Shown here piece by piece: positions 18,234 through 28,140 of a DNA stretch of 64,000 nucleotides (its first letter is position 1; every line of letters starts with the position of its first letter). The notes below the pieces were generated by a model. The model was not told where the DNA came from. It made no database searches and was given only the letters and a program-made list of their open reading frames with translations. Made by a program: the position numbers and the translations under genes. The stretch is from a candidate division WOR-3 bacterium (GTDB lineage: Bacteria > Hydrothermota > Tepidihabitantia > B3-TA06): contig CBFGKC010000001.1 of assembly GCA_965649265.1 (NCBI GenBank), positions 268,785 through 332,784 on the forward strand. Reading direction: 5' to 3'.

Positions 18234-19448
18234 ATGATGATTAGATTTGTCATTCCGGCAATACTGGTTTTATTGGCGGTGAAACCTCTGGCTGCCAACC
18301 CTGCCGACGGCTTCTGGGAAGCTATTCGCAATCTTGAGACACCCCAAGAAATAGGCCTCGATGCGGAACATATGGGCTTTGCGCGGGCCGTCAGCATCAT
18401 GGCGGCAGGCGATTTCGCCAGGGCGGAGTCGCTTTTTACAACGTTGCAGGACGCGTCCGATTCCCTGGTGGCCCAGAAATCGCAAGCTCTGCTCCACGAT
18501 ATATGGTTATACCGCTCACAGTGGGGCAAGCTCAAGGAGGATACGGATGAAGGCATTGAGGAGGGCTCAGATGAGGGTAGTGAGGAGGGTCCCGGGTTAT
18601 ATGATGTGTACGCCGAATTGCCGCCGCCGGTATTCACCTTTCCCCAGTCACCCCGGACCATCCCCCTGGAGCGAAGTGTCTCCGGCTCACCCGTGGTCGA
18701 GGTCACGGTAAACGGGAAGAAACACAAGTTCTGGCTCGATACCGGGGCCCAGGGTACGGTTATCTCCTCGAACACCGCCCAGGACTGTTCGGTCACACCC
18801 TTGATCGAAAGCGGGGTCAAAGCGATAGGTGCAACCTCCCAGACCGTGCCAGTATCGCCCGCGGCGCTCGATTCGCTCGTAATCGCGGGGATCAAGATCA
18901 CGAATCAGCCCGTCTCCATAATGGATTCGAGGAACCTGACGCTTATGGGCGGGCAAATCGTTATCGAGGGTATCATCGGCTGGGATATCCTCAAACACCT
19001 TGTCTTCGAGATGGATTCAGGCGGCATAACGTTTTCCGAACCTGCGATCGCAGAGGGACGGGAAAGAAATCTCGTCTGGTTCACCTTGCCCTTGGTGAGA
19101 TGCCAATACGATTCCGGGACACCGGTCTACTTTATTCTGGATACGGGTGCGAGCAGAACCAACTTGTTCGAAAGCGCACTCGACAGACTGAAGATAAAGG
19201 ACTTCCGTACCGACAGCCTTACGGTCGGCGCGGTGGGCGGAACTCAGAAGATATCGGTCAAGATCATACCCGGCATCCGGCTGACGCTCGACGGAACCGA
19301 ATTTGCATTCAAAGACGTGAAAACCATGCCCGAATTGAGCTGCAAGAGAACTTTTGTGGATGCTGTCGGAATTTTGGGAACTGACGCGTTCCTGGCCGGT
19401 CACCGCATCAAGGTCGATATGACCAACGGCGTATTTGAAGTTAAGTAG
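18234..19448 (+). CDS. Exported aspartyl protease with two retropepsin-like domains
   Basis: Two DTGA motifs (FWLDTGAQGT, FILDTGASRT) with GIIGWD and GILGTD; SD AAGGAG before ATG 18234; signal peptide. Confidence 0.85.
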   Translation: MMIRFVIPAILVLLAVKPLAANPADGFWEAIRNLETPQEIGLDAEHMGFARAVSIMAAGDFARAESLFTTLQDASDSLVAQKSQALLHDIWLYRSQWGKLKEDTDEGIEEGSDEGSEEGPGLYDVYAELPPPVFTFPQSPRTIPLERSVSGSPVVEVTVNGKKHKFWLDTGAQGTVISSNTAQDCSVTPLIESGVKAIGATSQTVPVSPAALDSLVIAGIKITNQPVSIMDSRNLTLMGGQIVIEGIIGWDILKHLVFEMDSGGITFSEPAIAEGRERNLVWFTLPLVRCQYDSGTPVYFILDTGASRTNLFESALDRLKIKDFRTDSLTVGAVGGTQKISVKIIPGIRLTLDGTEFAFKDVKTMPELSCKRTFVDAVGILGTDAFLAGHRIKVDMTNGVFEVK

Positions 19449-19649
19449 CCCGAGGATTGAGAAACAGCCCTGGCCTCATACGGCATCCATTCGGCAAACC
19501 GGGATGGTGGATTGTCAAGTTCAGATTCTGTGCTCCTGATGTGTTCTTGTTAAGGGAAGCCGCAGCGAATGGATTGTGATGGTGAGTTCGACAATGCCTG
19601 AATAACAAACCCCTGCGAACTCTTTTTGCCGGGAAAGAATAAGGAGAAT

Positions 19650-19678
19650 AAGGCAGCCTCCAGGGGAGGCTGCCTTTC
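19650..19678. terminator. GC-rich hairpin, probable terminator
   Basis: AAGGCAGCCTCC...GGAGGCTGCCTT between convergent genes. Confidence 0.55.
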
Positions 19679-19800
19679 CAATTCTAGTGGAGCGTGAGCG
19701 AACCAGAGGACTGGACGAATCCTTTGAACAAGCCCTCATCTCACTCTGTACGAAAATGTGTGTTATTTCCCAATGATTAAAGATGCTTATGGCCCCCCCC

Positions 19801-19873
19801 GGGGTGTGTTACGGGGTGTTACGGGGTGTTACGGGGGGGGCTCAAAGAAAACGCCTTGCGTTTTCTTTGGGCT
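19801..19873. repeat. Tandem GGGGTGTTAC-like repeats abutting a palindromic repeat family member
   Basis: About three GGGGTGTTAC-like units, then GCTCAAAGAAAACGC-ctt-GCGTTTTCTTTGGGC. Confidence 0.6.
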
Positions 19874-21012
19874 TACTTTATCAGTGCGCTCGCGATGACT
19901 GTGCGCTGAATCTGATTCGTGCCTTCGTATATCTGCAGTATCTTCGCGTCGCGCATGAACTTCTCGACCGGATACTCCTTCATGTAGCCGTAGCCGCCCA
20001 TAATCTGCACTGCATCGGTCGTGACCTGCATTGCGATGTCGGATGCAAACATCTTGGCCATCGCCGACTCCTTCGCCGTGTCCTTGGCGCCGGCGTCGAT
20101 CATTCTTGCCGTCGCGTAGACCAGCGCGCGCGCGGCCTCGACCTGGGTGGCCATGTCGGCGAGCATGAACTGGAGTCCCTGGAACTGCGTGATTGGCTTG
20201 CCGAACTGTTTGCGCTCCTTGGCGTATTCTAGAGCCTCGTCGAGTGCACCCTGGGCGGTGCCGACAGCCTGCGCGGCCACGCCCGGCCTCGTACGGTCGA
20301 ACGTCCGCATGGCGGTGATGAATCCGGTTCCGCGTTTGCCGAGAAGGTTCTCCTTGGGCACCTTGCAGTCATTGAAGATGAGCTGGGTGGTCTTGGAGGA
20401 ACGGATGCCCATCTTGTTCTCCTCCTTGCCGAAATCGAAACCGGGAGTGCCCTTCTCGACGACGATGATGGATGCGCCTCTTGCGCCCTTGCCGGGATCG
20501 GTCATGACGACCACCGAGTAGATGTCGGCCACCTCGCCGTTCGTGATGAACTGCTTTGTGCCGTTGATGATGTAGCCGTCCTCGACTTCCTTCGCCGTAG
20601 TCTTGATGGAGCCCGCGTCAGAGCCGGCGTCGGCCTCTGTGAGAGCGAAAGCGGCAAAGGCTTTACCGTCCGCGATACGGGGAAGAAACTTCTTTCTCTG
20701 CTCCTCCGAACCCACGATAAGGATGGGCATTGCGGCCAGTCCGTTCGCGCCGTAGGTTGTTCCCACGCCCGGGCAGACCCTGCATATCTCTTCGGTCACC
20801 AGGCACATCTCGGTAATACCGCCGCCCATACCGCCGTAGGCCTCGGGGATGAAAACCCGCAGAAGGTCGGCGCGTGCAAGCTCCTTCATGATTTCGTGAG
20901 GGAATTCGCCCTTCTCATCCAGTTCGGCGCGCACCGGCTTGATCTTTTTTAACGCTATCTCGCGAGCGGTCTCGCGAATCATCTTCTGCTCTTCGGTAAA
21001 GAAATAGTCCAT
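19873..21012 (-). CDS. Acyl-CoA dehydrogenase (butyryl-CoA dehydrogenase-like)
   Basis: Motifs FALTEADAGSD, NGTKQFITNG, KMGIRSS, QIMGGYGY and IYEGTNQIQR; SD AAGGAG before ATG 21012. Confidence 0.93.
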   Translation of the reverse strand: MDYFFTEEQKMIRETAREIALKKIKPVRAELDEKGEFPHEIMKELARADLLRVFIPEAYGGMGGGITEMCLVTEEICRVCPGVGTTYGANGLAAMPILIVGSEEQRKKFLPRIADGKAFAAFALTEADAGSDAGSIKTTAKEVEDGYIINGTKQFITNGEVADIYSVVVMTDPGKGARGASIIVVEKGTPGFDFGKEENKMGIRSSKTTQLIFNDCKVPKENLLGKRGTGFITAMRTFDRTRPGVAAQAVGTAQGALDEALEYAKERKQFGKPITQFQGLQFMLADMATQVEAARALVYATARMIDAGAKDTAKESAMAKMFASDIAMQVTTDAVQIMGGYGYMKEYPVEKFMRDAKILQIYEGTNQIQRTVIASALIK

Positions 21013-21135
21013 CAAAAACTCCTTTGGTTCGCTCAATTCATTTGACACACTGAATCCCCCCCATTATGGATTATACGGAATATAAGGAGATTTCAAGCCC
21101 TGTCGAGGGTACTATGTTTACTTTTTCTTCTGAAA

Positions 21136-21531
21136 TTACGGAATGGTTGCCAAGGGCTTACCCTTTTCACCAAAAAAACCTATGGCCGGAGTGCCTCCGT
21201 CAATCACGATGCCCGGTCCTGATACCGTGTTGTTTACATATATCTGCGGGAGACCGTCACCGTAGACGTGCAAGGCAATGCGCATATTATCCTGCGAGTC
21301 GAATAACTGCAGGGCGGTCATTCCTTCGTATGTGCCTAAGCGGGCGCGCTGGCTCCCATTGTCGTCCACGAGCACAAACTCTCTGGCGGTTACAACATCC
21401 GCAGACCGGTTTGAAGCCAAACCCACGAGCAAGAGTATAGCGAATGCTGACAACCCGAGGATTGTTCCCAGCCTCCATAATCTCATCTGGTTCTCGAGCC
21501 TGGTCATCCGAACCTCAAGAGGATTATTCAT
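21136..21531 (-). CDS. Hypothetical single-pass membrane protein
   Basis: SD AGGAGG; coiled coil, TM helix and beta-rich tail (AREFVLVDDNG..RARLG). Confidence 0.7.
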   Translation of the reverse strand: MNNPLEVRMTRLENQMRLWRLGTILGLSAFAILLLVGLASNRSADVVTAREFVLVDDNGSQRARLGTYEGMTALQLFDSQDNMRIALHVYGDGLPQIYVNNTVSGPGIVIDGGTPAIGFFGEKGKPLATIP

Positions 21532-21572
21532 TTTACCTCCTGAATTTGATCTCTGGAAATTATTTCATGTTT

Positions 21573-22100
21573 TTAGTATTCGATACCCCTCCTTGCTTTC
21601 ACACCTCGAATGAAATAGTGCTTGACCTCTCCCATCTCGGTAACGAGGTCGGCTGCCTCTATAAGTTCCTTAGGTGCGTTCCTTCCGGTGCAAACGACCT
21701 CGAGCCCGTGCGGTCTCTCAACTATCCTCGTCATTACCTCGGCACTATCGAGAAGCCCGAGCGAGAGCGCCACATTAATCTCATCCAGAATCAGCACGTC
21801 TACATAACTCTCGCCGGAAAGATAGGTTACAGCCTCCTCCCAGCCTTTCTTTGCTTCTTCAATGTGTGGGGTGATGTCGCAATCAGGATAAAAAAATTCC
21901 TTGCTTCCGAAGTTGGAACACATAACTCCTGCATTTCTCAGCGCTTGTACTTCGCCGGATTCTTCCGGCTTCATGAACTGGATGAATGCGACCTTAAGTC
22001 CAGCTGATGCGGCTCTTACGGCCAGGCCGACCGCGGCCGTGGTCTTGCCCTTGCCCGGGCCGGTATAGACCTGCAGCAGGCCTAAGCTGTCGTTTTCCAC
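21573..22100 (-). CDS. cobO: Cob(I)alamin adenosyltransferase (CobA/CobO/BtuR family)
   Basis: Motifs YTGPGKGKTTAAVG, IQFMK, ILDEI, TGRNAP and ARRGIEY. Confidence 0.9.
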   Translation of the reverse strand: MENDSLGLLQVYTGPGKGKTTAAVGLAVRAASAGLKVAFIQFMKPEESGEVQALRNAGVMCSNFGSKEFFYPDCDITPHIEEAKKGWEEAVTYLSGESYVDVLILDEINVALSLGLLDSAEVMTRIVERPHGLEVVCTGRNAPKELIEAADLVTEMGEVKHYFIRGVKARRGIEY

Positions 22101-22142
22101 AGGTTAAGCATACTCCGCTATCGCGCGCTGTCAAGAGGGAGC

Positions 22143-22181
22143 TACCCCATAAAAATACGGAGTATTTTTATGGGGACCCCG
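22143..22181 (+). repeat. 39-nt palindromic repeat
   Basis: TA-CCCCATAAAAATAC-gga-GTATTTTTATGGGG-ACCCCG. Confidence 0.8.
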
Positions 22182-22462
22182 CTTAATCATTAGTAAAACT
22201 TGCACTTAGGTGTTTCTTATGGTCTTCGGATCGTATGGGTAAAAAAAGTGGGACAAAAGATGGTCAAAAGATGGACAAAACCGGCTTTTTGAGGTAAAAA
22301 AGGGGAGAAATCGGGGTGAACCGCCCCCTTGTGACGGGGGAGTCTGGAAGCAGGATGTATTGATGTATTAAAGAAAGGATATCTCTTGACAAACTTTTTC
22401 TTTTGATTATACTTTTACCGTTCTGAGGAAATGAACAGGTTGGATAATACGAGGAGGCAACA

Positions 22463-24265
22463 ATGCCAGAAAATTCACTTGAAAGACTCGATATAAAGCG
22501 GATACTTGACGGTCTTCAAGATCTTGTTTATGTAACAAATTGTAACGGGATAATAGTAGATGCCAACGAGGCATTTGCTAGACTATTCCACTACAAGTCA
22601 AAGGATGAAATAAAAGGAAAACCGATCAGAGAGTTTTACGTTGAACCGGAGCATCGTTCCTTGTTTGAGAAAACCTTACAAGAAAGGGGAGGTAGAGTAG
22701 TAAATTATTTCGTTTATGTAAAACGGGTATTAGATACCCCTCCAACTAATTTTTTTCTTTCAGTCGACAGTAATTGGATTGATGGGGAGAAAAAAAAGGG
22801 AATAGAAGGTACTGGAAGAGACGTTTCAGATCTTGTTCATTTTCTTGGTGTATTCTTCCAGCTTAATGAAGAAGGACAGATAATTTTCTGCTCACCATCT
22901 TTTTCAACACTTTTTGGTTCAGCTGATCCGGTGGATTTAATAGGTAAAAAAATTGATGTTGTGATACCTTTTGATGATATAAGAAGATGTGCTGATCTTG
23001 AAGATCATTGCACGTTAAAAAGGGATTCACAGATTCTTAGGGCGAGTGTAAATAAAATTAGACATGATATACTAGGAAAAGAAGAAATCGTTGGGTATCA
23101 AGGGACTTTTGAAGATATTACAGAAGCTGAAAAAGCACGAAGAGATATTGAGGAATCTCATCGCATACAAGAGTTTTTAGTGGATCAGAGCCAAGATGGG
23201 GTGTACCTTATCCAAGGAGAGTTTTTTAAAATGGTGAATCCAAGTTTTTGTTCTCTATCGGAGTATTCCGAGGATGAATTGTTGAATTATAAATATATTA
23301 ATTTAGTCGGATCCGAACATCAAACGCTTGTCAAATCTAATGTAGAAAAGAAATTACGCGGTGAAACCATAGAGCCTTACGAATTCATGCTGATAACTCG
23401 TACGGGAAGAGAGAGAGTTGTAAGGGCTTTCTCGGGATATTGCAAGGTAAACGGTATAGATTCTGTATATGGCTATATAAGAGACATCGGTTCTGAAATT
23501 AATCTGAGTCGAGAAATAGAAAAGCGTACCGAAGAGAAAATTGAATTGTTAGATACAGCCGTCCATGAAATGGAAGGTCCTACGAATGCAATCCGGCTCA
23601 AGGCGGAAAGAATAAAAATTGGAATTCAACAGAATAAAATATCTTTTGAAAGAATGAACCAAAAACTTGATGATATTGATCAGCTTTGCCAATTTCTGCT
23701 CATGCTTCAGGCAAATATAAACTATTCAGGTGTTGATAGCATAGGGGGAATGGAAGAGAAGGATTTCTATCTCCTTAAAAGTGAACTTGTTGAACAGGCA
23801 GCTTACTATACCTTACCTGCGATAAGGAATCGAGGTTTTCCTTACACTTCTATAGAGTTGAGTTTATCCGGTGCTCCTTCTTACATAGAGGTAAACAAGT
23901 ATCATTTTTTGCAGATTTTCTTTAACTTGTTTGGTAACGCTATTAAGTACGCAAAACCAAATCCTCGTGAGTTTAAAGTAACGGTCAATTCCGACTATTC
24001 AATTACGGATGGATTGAAACTACTAATAAATGACTGGGGTATTGGATTGGAGCCTAAAGACGGAGAAAGAATTTTTGATAAAGGTGAACGCGGGAAAAAC
24101 TCTCAACATATATCAGGTAAAGGTTTGGGGCTTTGGGTTGTAAAGCGTATTCTTGGTGCCTATAATGGTAAAATTAAGGTAAAGAATTTCAAAAATCCGA
24201 CAACCTTTGAAATGATGTTACCTAGTAGGTTACTTTTTCTAAAAAGACCCAAGGAGGATGCATGA
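22463..24265 (+). CDS. Cytoplasmic multi-PAS sensor histidine kinase
   Basis: About three PAS-like domains; H-box AVHEMEGP, N-box NLFGNAIKY, G1 DWGIG, G2 GKGLGL; AT-rich. Confidence 0.88.
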   Translation: MPENSLERLDIKRILDGLQDLVYVTNCNGIIVDANEAFARLFHYKSKDEIKGKPIREFYVEPEHRSLFEKTLQERGGRVVNYFVYVKRVLDTPPTNFFLSVDSNWIDGEKKKGIEGTGRDVSDLVHFLGVFFQLNEEGQIIFCSPSFSTLFGSADPVDLIGKKIDVVIPFDDIRRCADLEDHCTLKRDSQILRASVNKIRHDILGKEEIVGYQGTFEDITEAEKARRDIEESHRIQEFLVDQSQDGVYLIQGEFFKMVNPSFCSLSEYSEDELLNYKYINLVGSEHQTLVKSNVEKKLRGETIEPYEFMLITRTGRERVVRAFSGYCKVNGIDSVYGYIRDIGSEINLSREIEKRTEEKIELLDTAVHEMEGPTNAIRLKAERIKIGIQQNKISFERMNQKLDDIDQLCQFLLMLQANINYSGVDSIGGMEEKDFYLLKSELVEQAAYYTLPAIRNRGFPYTSIELSLSGAPSYIEVNKYHFLQIFFNLFGNAIKYAKPNPREFKVTVNSDYSITDGLKLLINDWGIGLEPKDGERIFDKGERGKNSQHISGKGLGLWVVKRILGAYNGKIKVKNFKNPTTFEMMLPSRLLFLKRPKEDA

Positions 24266-24684
24266 TCCTTTTTGTTGACGATGAAAAGATGTATAGTGAA
24301 AGTTATGTAGAGGCTCTTGAAGAAGCGGGTTACGAAATACGCTTTGAACTTCTAATCGACGAAGGGCTTAATTTTTTTAAGGATAACATCTCTAAATTAG
24401 ACTTAGTCATTTTGGATGTAATGTTTTCTATTACAGGTAAACTCCCCCCCGAAATCGATCGAACGAAGATAAAGAGAGGATTAAGGGCGGGTAGGGAAAT
24501 TCTTAGAGCCATGAACGAGATCCCCGGAGGTAAAGAAATCCCTAAAATTTTTCTCACCAACATACTTGATGAAGAATTCCATAAAGCCTTTCGAAATTCT
24601 TCTGAAGTAAAGGCTTGCCTAAGAAAAAGGGATATTTCAACGATTAAGCTTGTAGAAATAGTCACCAAGATTCTAAGGAAATAG
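24262..24684 (+). CDS. Single-domain response regulator
   Basis: Motifs ILFVDDE, LVILDVMF, IFLTN and LRK. Confidence 0.85.
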   Translation: MILFVDDEKMYSESYVEALEEAGYEIRFELLIDEGLNFFKDNISKLDLVILDVMFSITGKLPPEIDRTKIKRGLRAGREILRAMNEIPGGKEIPKIFLTNILDEEFHKAFRNSSEVKACLRKRDISTIKLVEIVTKILRK

Positions 24685-24691
24685 GTTTCTT

Positions 24692-25141
24692 ATGGATGAT
24701 ATGCCAGATATAATTTCTATATCTCTTGGAGGTGTTGGTGTAGGTTTAAGCGCGCTATCGTTACTGAATTCTCTAGCTACCAATAGAAGATGGGCAGAAA
24801 TCTCACTACTCGTTGAGAATGCATTAATCGCTAATGAGCGTAGTTTTAGAGTACTCGATAATTTCGTTCATCGGAGTGGTTTGTCCACTTCTCTAATTGA
24901 ACACTTTACAACCATTATAATGGAAAATCGTACGAATAAGGAACGGGATTTAAGAAGGATTGCACTCTTTGTCCGCAATCGAGATCAAGTCCATCGGGCA
25001 TTGATGTGGTTTGGTTCTTACGCAATACCAGAAGATCAAGTACTTATCAGGCATGCCGTAGAATTACTTTGTATTCCTCAGTGGTGGAAGGACAACTTTA
25101 TTTTAGCTAGAGTAATTTTAAACAAGAAGTTAGATACTTAA
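24692..25141 (+). CDS. Hypothetical protein with N-terminal TM helix
   Basis: 149-aa ORF 7 nt after the response regulator, same AT-rich composition. Confidence 0.55.
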   Translation: MDDMPDIISISLGGVGVGLSALSLLNSLATNRRWAEISLLVENALIANERSFRVLDNFVHRSGLSTSLIEHFTTIIMENRTNKERDLRRIALFVRNRDQVHRALMWFGSYAIPEDQVLIRHAVELLCIPQWWKDNFILARVILNKKLDT

Positions 25142-25286
25142 AAACATTATCCCTAGATGAATTTTTTCACAATTGTCCGAACCTTAATCTACCAGAAATA
25201 TTGTTGAATATCCTCCTCCTCCTTGCTGTATCTTGACAAACGGGAAAACTCTCCTATCATCTAATCTCACAGTGTAAGGAGGAAAA

Positions 25287-25859
25287 TTGGTAGCACTGAT
25301 AATTATCGGAATCGTATTAGTAATACTCATTTTCGTTGCCATAGGCATTTACAACGGGCTCGTTGTCAAGCGCAACCGCACCCGCAACGCCTGGCATCAG
25401 ATTGACGTGCAGCTTCGCAGGCGTTACGACCTTATCCCCAACCTCGTGGAGACGGTCAAGGGCTACGCCGCGCACGAGCGTCAGACGCTCGAGAGCGTGA
25501 TAGCCGCCCGCAACATGGGCGTGAACGCGAAGACAGTCGGCGAGGCCGCGAAGGCCAACAACATGATCTCGGACACCCTCAAGTCGCTCTTTGCGGTCGC
25601 CGAGGCGTACCCGAATCTCAAGGCGAACGAGAACTTCATGGCGCTGCAGGAAGAGCTGCGCACGACCGAAGAAAAGATTGCGTTCGCGCGTCAGTTCTAC
25701 AACGACACCGTCATGGACTACAACAACGCGCGCGAGAAGTTCCCGGGCAACATCTTTGCCGGAATGTTCGGCTTCCAGGCCTTCGAGTACTGGGAGATTC
25801 CCGAAGAAGAGAAGGCGGCGCGCGAGCCGGTCAAAGTCAGCTTTACTCAGCCTCAATAG
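25287..25859 (+). CDS. lemA: LemA family protein
   Basis: Motifs [26 protein letters not shown] and [13 protein letters not shown]; TTG start after AAGGAGG. Confidence 0.95.
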   Translation: MVALIIIGIVLVILIFVAIGIYNGLVVKRNRTRNAWHQIDVQLRRRYDLIPNLVETVKGYAAHERQTLESVIAARNMGVNAKTVGEAAKANNMISDTLKSLFAVAEAYPNLKANENFMALQEELRTTEEKIAFARQFYNDTVMDYNNAREKFPGNIFAGMFGFQAFEYWEIPEEEKAAREPVKVSFTQPQ

Positions 25860-25950
25860 ATAGCCACTCTACCTTTGACGTCGGTAAAGAGTCTGCCCTG
25901 TCGTGGATGTTTGAAATCTCACCACCCGACTGTAAGCCAAGGAGGATAGG

Positions 25951-27234
25951 ATGGCCCGCCAGAACCTCTACTCGTTAATCGCAGGAAACAAGTGGAAGAC
26001 GTTCGGATTCGTCTTCCTTTTCTCCATTATCATCATCATCATCGGGCTCGTGGTGGGCTGGTGGTTTCAGTGGGGCATTGGTGCCTGGTCTCTCTTCGGA
26101 CTCGGTCTCATAGGCTACAACCTCATATTCTACTTCGCATCCAAGAAGATAGCGCTTCTTGCGAACGGAGCGAAGCGGGCGGACCCCGAGCAGTACAAGA
26201 AGCTCTACAACGTCGTTGAAGAAATGGCCATTGCTTCCGGCCAGCCCATGCCCGAGGTCTACATCGTTGACGATTCGTCCCCCAACGCCTTCGCCACGGG
26301 CCGCAACCCCAAAAACGCCGCGATTGCGGTCACAACCGGACTCTACGAGATGCTTGACCGCGCCGAGCTGCAGGGCGTCATCGCGCACGAGATGAGCCAC
26401 ATAAAGAACTACGACATCCTTCTCATGACCGTGATAGCGATAATGGTGGGCTTCATCGTGCTCGCGCGCGACGTGTTCTGGCGCTGGGGATTCGTGTTCG
26501 GCGGCAGGGGCCGCCGCTCCTCCGGAGGCAAGGGAGGCGGTTACGCCATGCTCATCCTGCTCGTGGTCGGTATCGTTCTCGCCATAGTCGCGCCCATACT
26601 GGTCGCCCTCATCAGGGCCGCCATCTCCCGGCAGCGCGAGTACCTTGCCGACGCATCGGGTGCCATGATGACGCGCAACCCGGAGGGACTTGCCAGCGCA
26701 CTCGAGAAAATCGGCGGTGTTTATCAGAAAGTGCATCGCTCATCGAGCGCGACCGCCCACCTCTTCATCGCCTCGCCCGCGTGCAAGGACAGGCTGAACC
26801 CCGCTAAACCTCAACGCCAGATCAAAGCCGGCGCGTTCGACACCCACCCGCCCATTCCCCTGCGGGTCGAGCGGCTGCGGCAGCTCGAGCTCGACGGCGA
26901 GTACGCGCAGCAGTTTGCGTGGGCAACAGCCCAGCCCCAAACGACCGCAGGGCGTTCGTTTGGGGGCCCCACTCTCAACCCCGTTAAGTCGCAGAGCGAC
27001 TTTACGGGGACCCCCTCCCCCTCATCATCGTCGTCTACAGGGATAGCTCCTTCGACTCCCGCCGCACCAGCTCAACCTCAATCCCCACAACATGGCTCCG
27101 AGCCCTCCTCTTCCGAGCCTCCCTCCTCCCCCTCCGCGAATCAGCCGCCTGCCGCTCCCTCAACAAACGAGCCGCCATCGCCTTCCTCCAAAAAAGAGGG
27201 CGACTGGCTGGACGACTATCTCAAGAAGGGGTAG
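25951..27234 (+). CDS. htpX: HtpX-like M48 zinc metalloprotease with a long Ser/Pro-rich tail
   Basis: Motifs PNAFATG, HEMSH, SRQREYLADA and THPP; follows lemA. Confidence 0.88.
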   Translation: MARQNLYSLIAGNKWKTFGFVFLFSIIIIIIGLVVGWWFQWGIGAWSLFGLGLIGYNLIFYFASKKIALLANGAKRADPEQYKKLYNVVEEMAIASGQPMPEVYIVDDSSPNAFATGRNPKNAAIAVTTGLYEMLDRAELQGVIAHEMSHIKNYDILLMTVIAIMVGFIVLARDVFWRWGFVFGGRGRRSSGGKGGGYAMLILLVVGIVLAIVAPILVALIRAAISRQREYLADASGAMMTRNPEGLASALEKIGGVYQKVHRSSSATAHLFIASPACKDRLNPAKPQRQIKAGAFDTHPPIPLRVERLRQLELDGEYAQQFAWATAQPQTTAGRSFGGPTLNPVKSQSDFTGTPSPSSSSSTGIAPSTPAAPAQPQSPQHGSEPSSSEPPSSPSANQPPAAPSTNEPPSPSSKKEGDWLDDYLKKG

Positions 27235-27338
27235 ACGTCTCTGTAACTCACATATAATTGTCGCTTAAGATTTTTATCTGATTCGATCTACGTGCCGCAG
27301 ATGGCCTCAGGAAGGGGGAGGAGGGCTGAGGAGGGCGG

Positions 27339-28106
27339 TTAATCTTCTATGCCGGGGTACCAGATCTTGCTCGGATGTATGGGATAACGCGACCAGTCGG
27401 GATGGGGTTCGTCCATCCACACCCAGTGCGCTTCCAGCCAGCGCCACCATTCCGATGATGGGCCCAAAAACTGGGGTTTTGTCTTGCATCTGGCTTCTAT
27501 CCTGAAAAGAACGCCCTTGCGCTCGAAAAAGACACAGGTTTGGTAAAGCATATAAAAGCTGTTTTCAGTATAATAAAAAGGGATATTTTGACTATAAACC
27601 CTCGCAAAACAGTCCTTGAATGAGGCTGCAAATGCCGTATCCCACTTGGCGTCCTGCGAGAATCTGAACCATTCGCCAGGTGTATGTTTGACGGGCGAGC
27701 TGTCAGCATCTAATGGAAGTAAAAACCAACTGACGCCTATACCCCCATCAGGCATAAATTCATCAGGAGGTACATAATCTACAAGATATCCAATTCCCCC
27801 AGTATCACAGTTTCCAACAATCGCCCCAGGTACAATAAACGAGGAAACCTTGAAGTAGTCGTGGATTTCCATATCCTCCGGGTGAAAGATACCGAGCGTA
27901 TCTGAATCTCTGATCCAGAACGGGCGAGAGTGCATGAAATCATAGAGCTTCTGATAACCAGGATCAGGTTCAAGCTCTTCCGAGGCAAAAACAGGATAAA
28001 ACCTGCATCCCTCGTGGAACCCCTTCGCTAAGGCCTTCGGCGGCGGCTTGCAGCCCGAGGCAAGTAAAAGCATGAGCACAACAAGGTAACCGCATGTTTT
28101 CTTCAC
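27339..28106 (-). CDS. Hypothetical lipoprotein, paralog B (candidate immunity protein)
   Basis: Lipobox LASGC; similar along its length to 29588-30367; GTG start 5 nt after a -10 box. Confidence 0.75.
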   Translation of the reverse strand: MKKTCGYLVVLMLLLASGCKPPPKALAKGFHEGCRFYPVFASEELEPDPGYQKLYDFMHSRPFWIRDSDTLGIFHPEDMEIHDYFKVSSFIVPGAIVGNCDTGGIGYLVDYVPPDEFMPDGGIGVSWFLLPLDADSSPVKHTPGEWFRFSQDAKWDTAFAASFKDCFARVYSQNIPFYYTENSFYMLYQTCVFFERKGVLFRIEARCKTKPQFLGPSSEWWRWLEAHWVWMDEPHPDWSRYPIHPSKIWYPGIED

Positions 28107-28140
28107 GCGTAATGTTAACAAAAACTTTCAGTTTGTCAAG

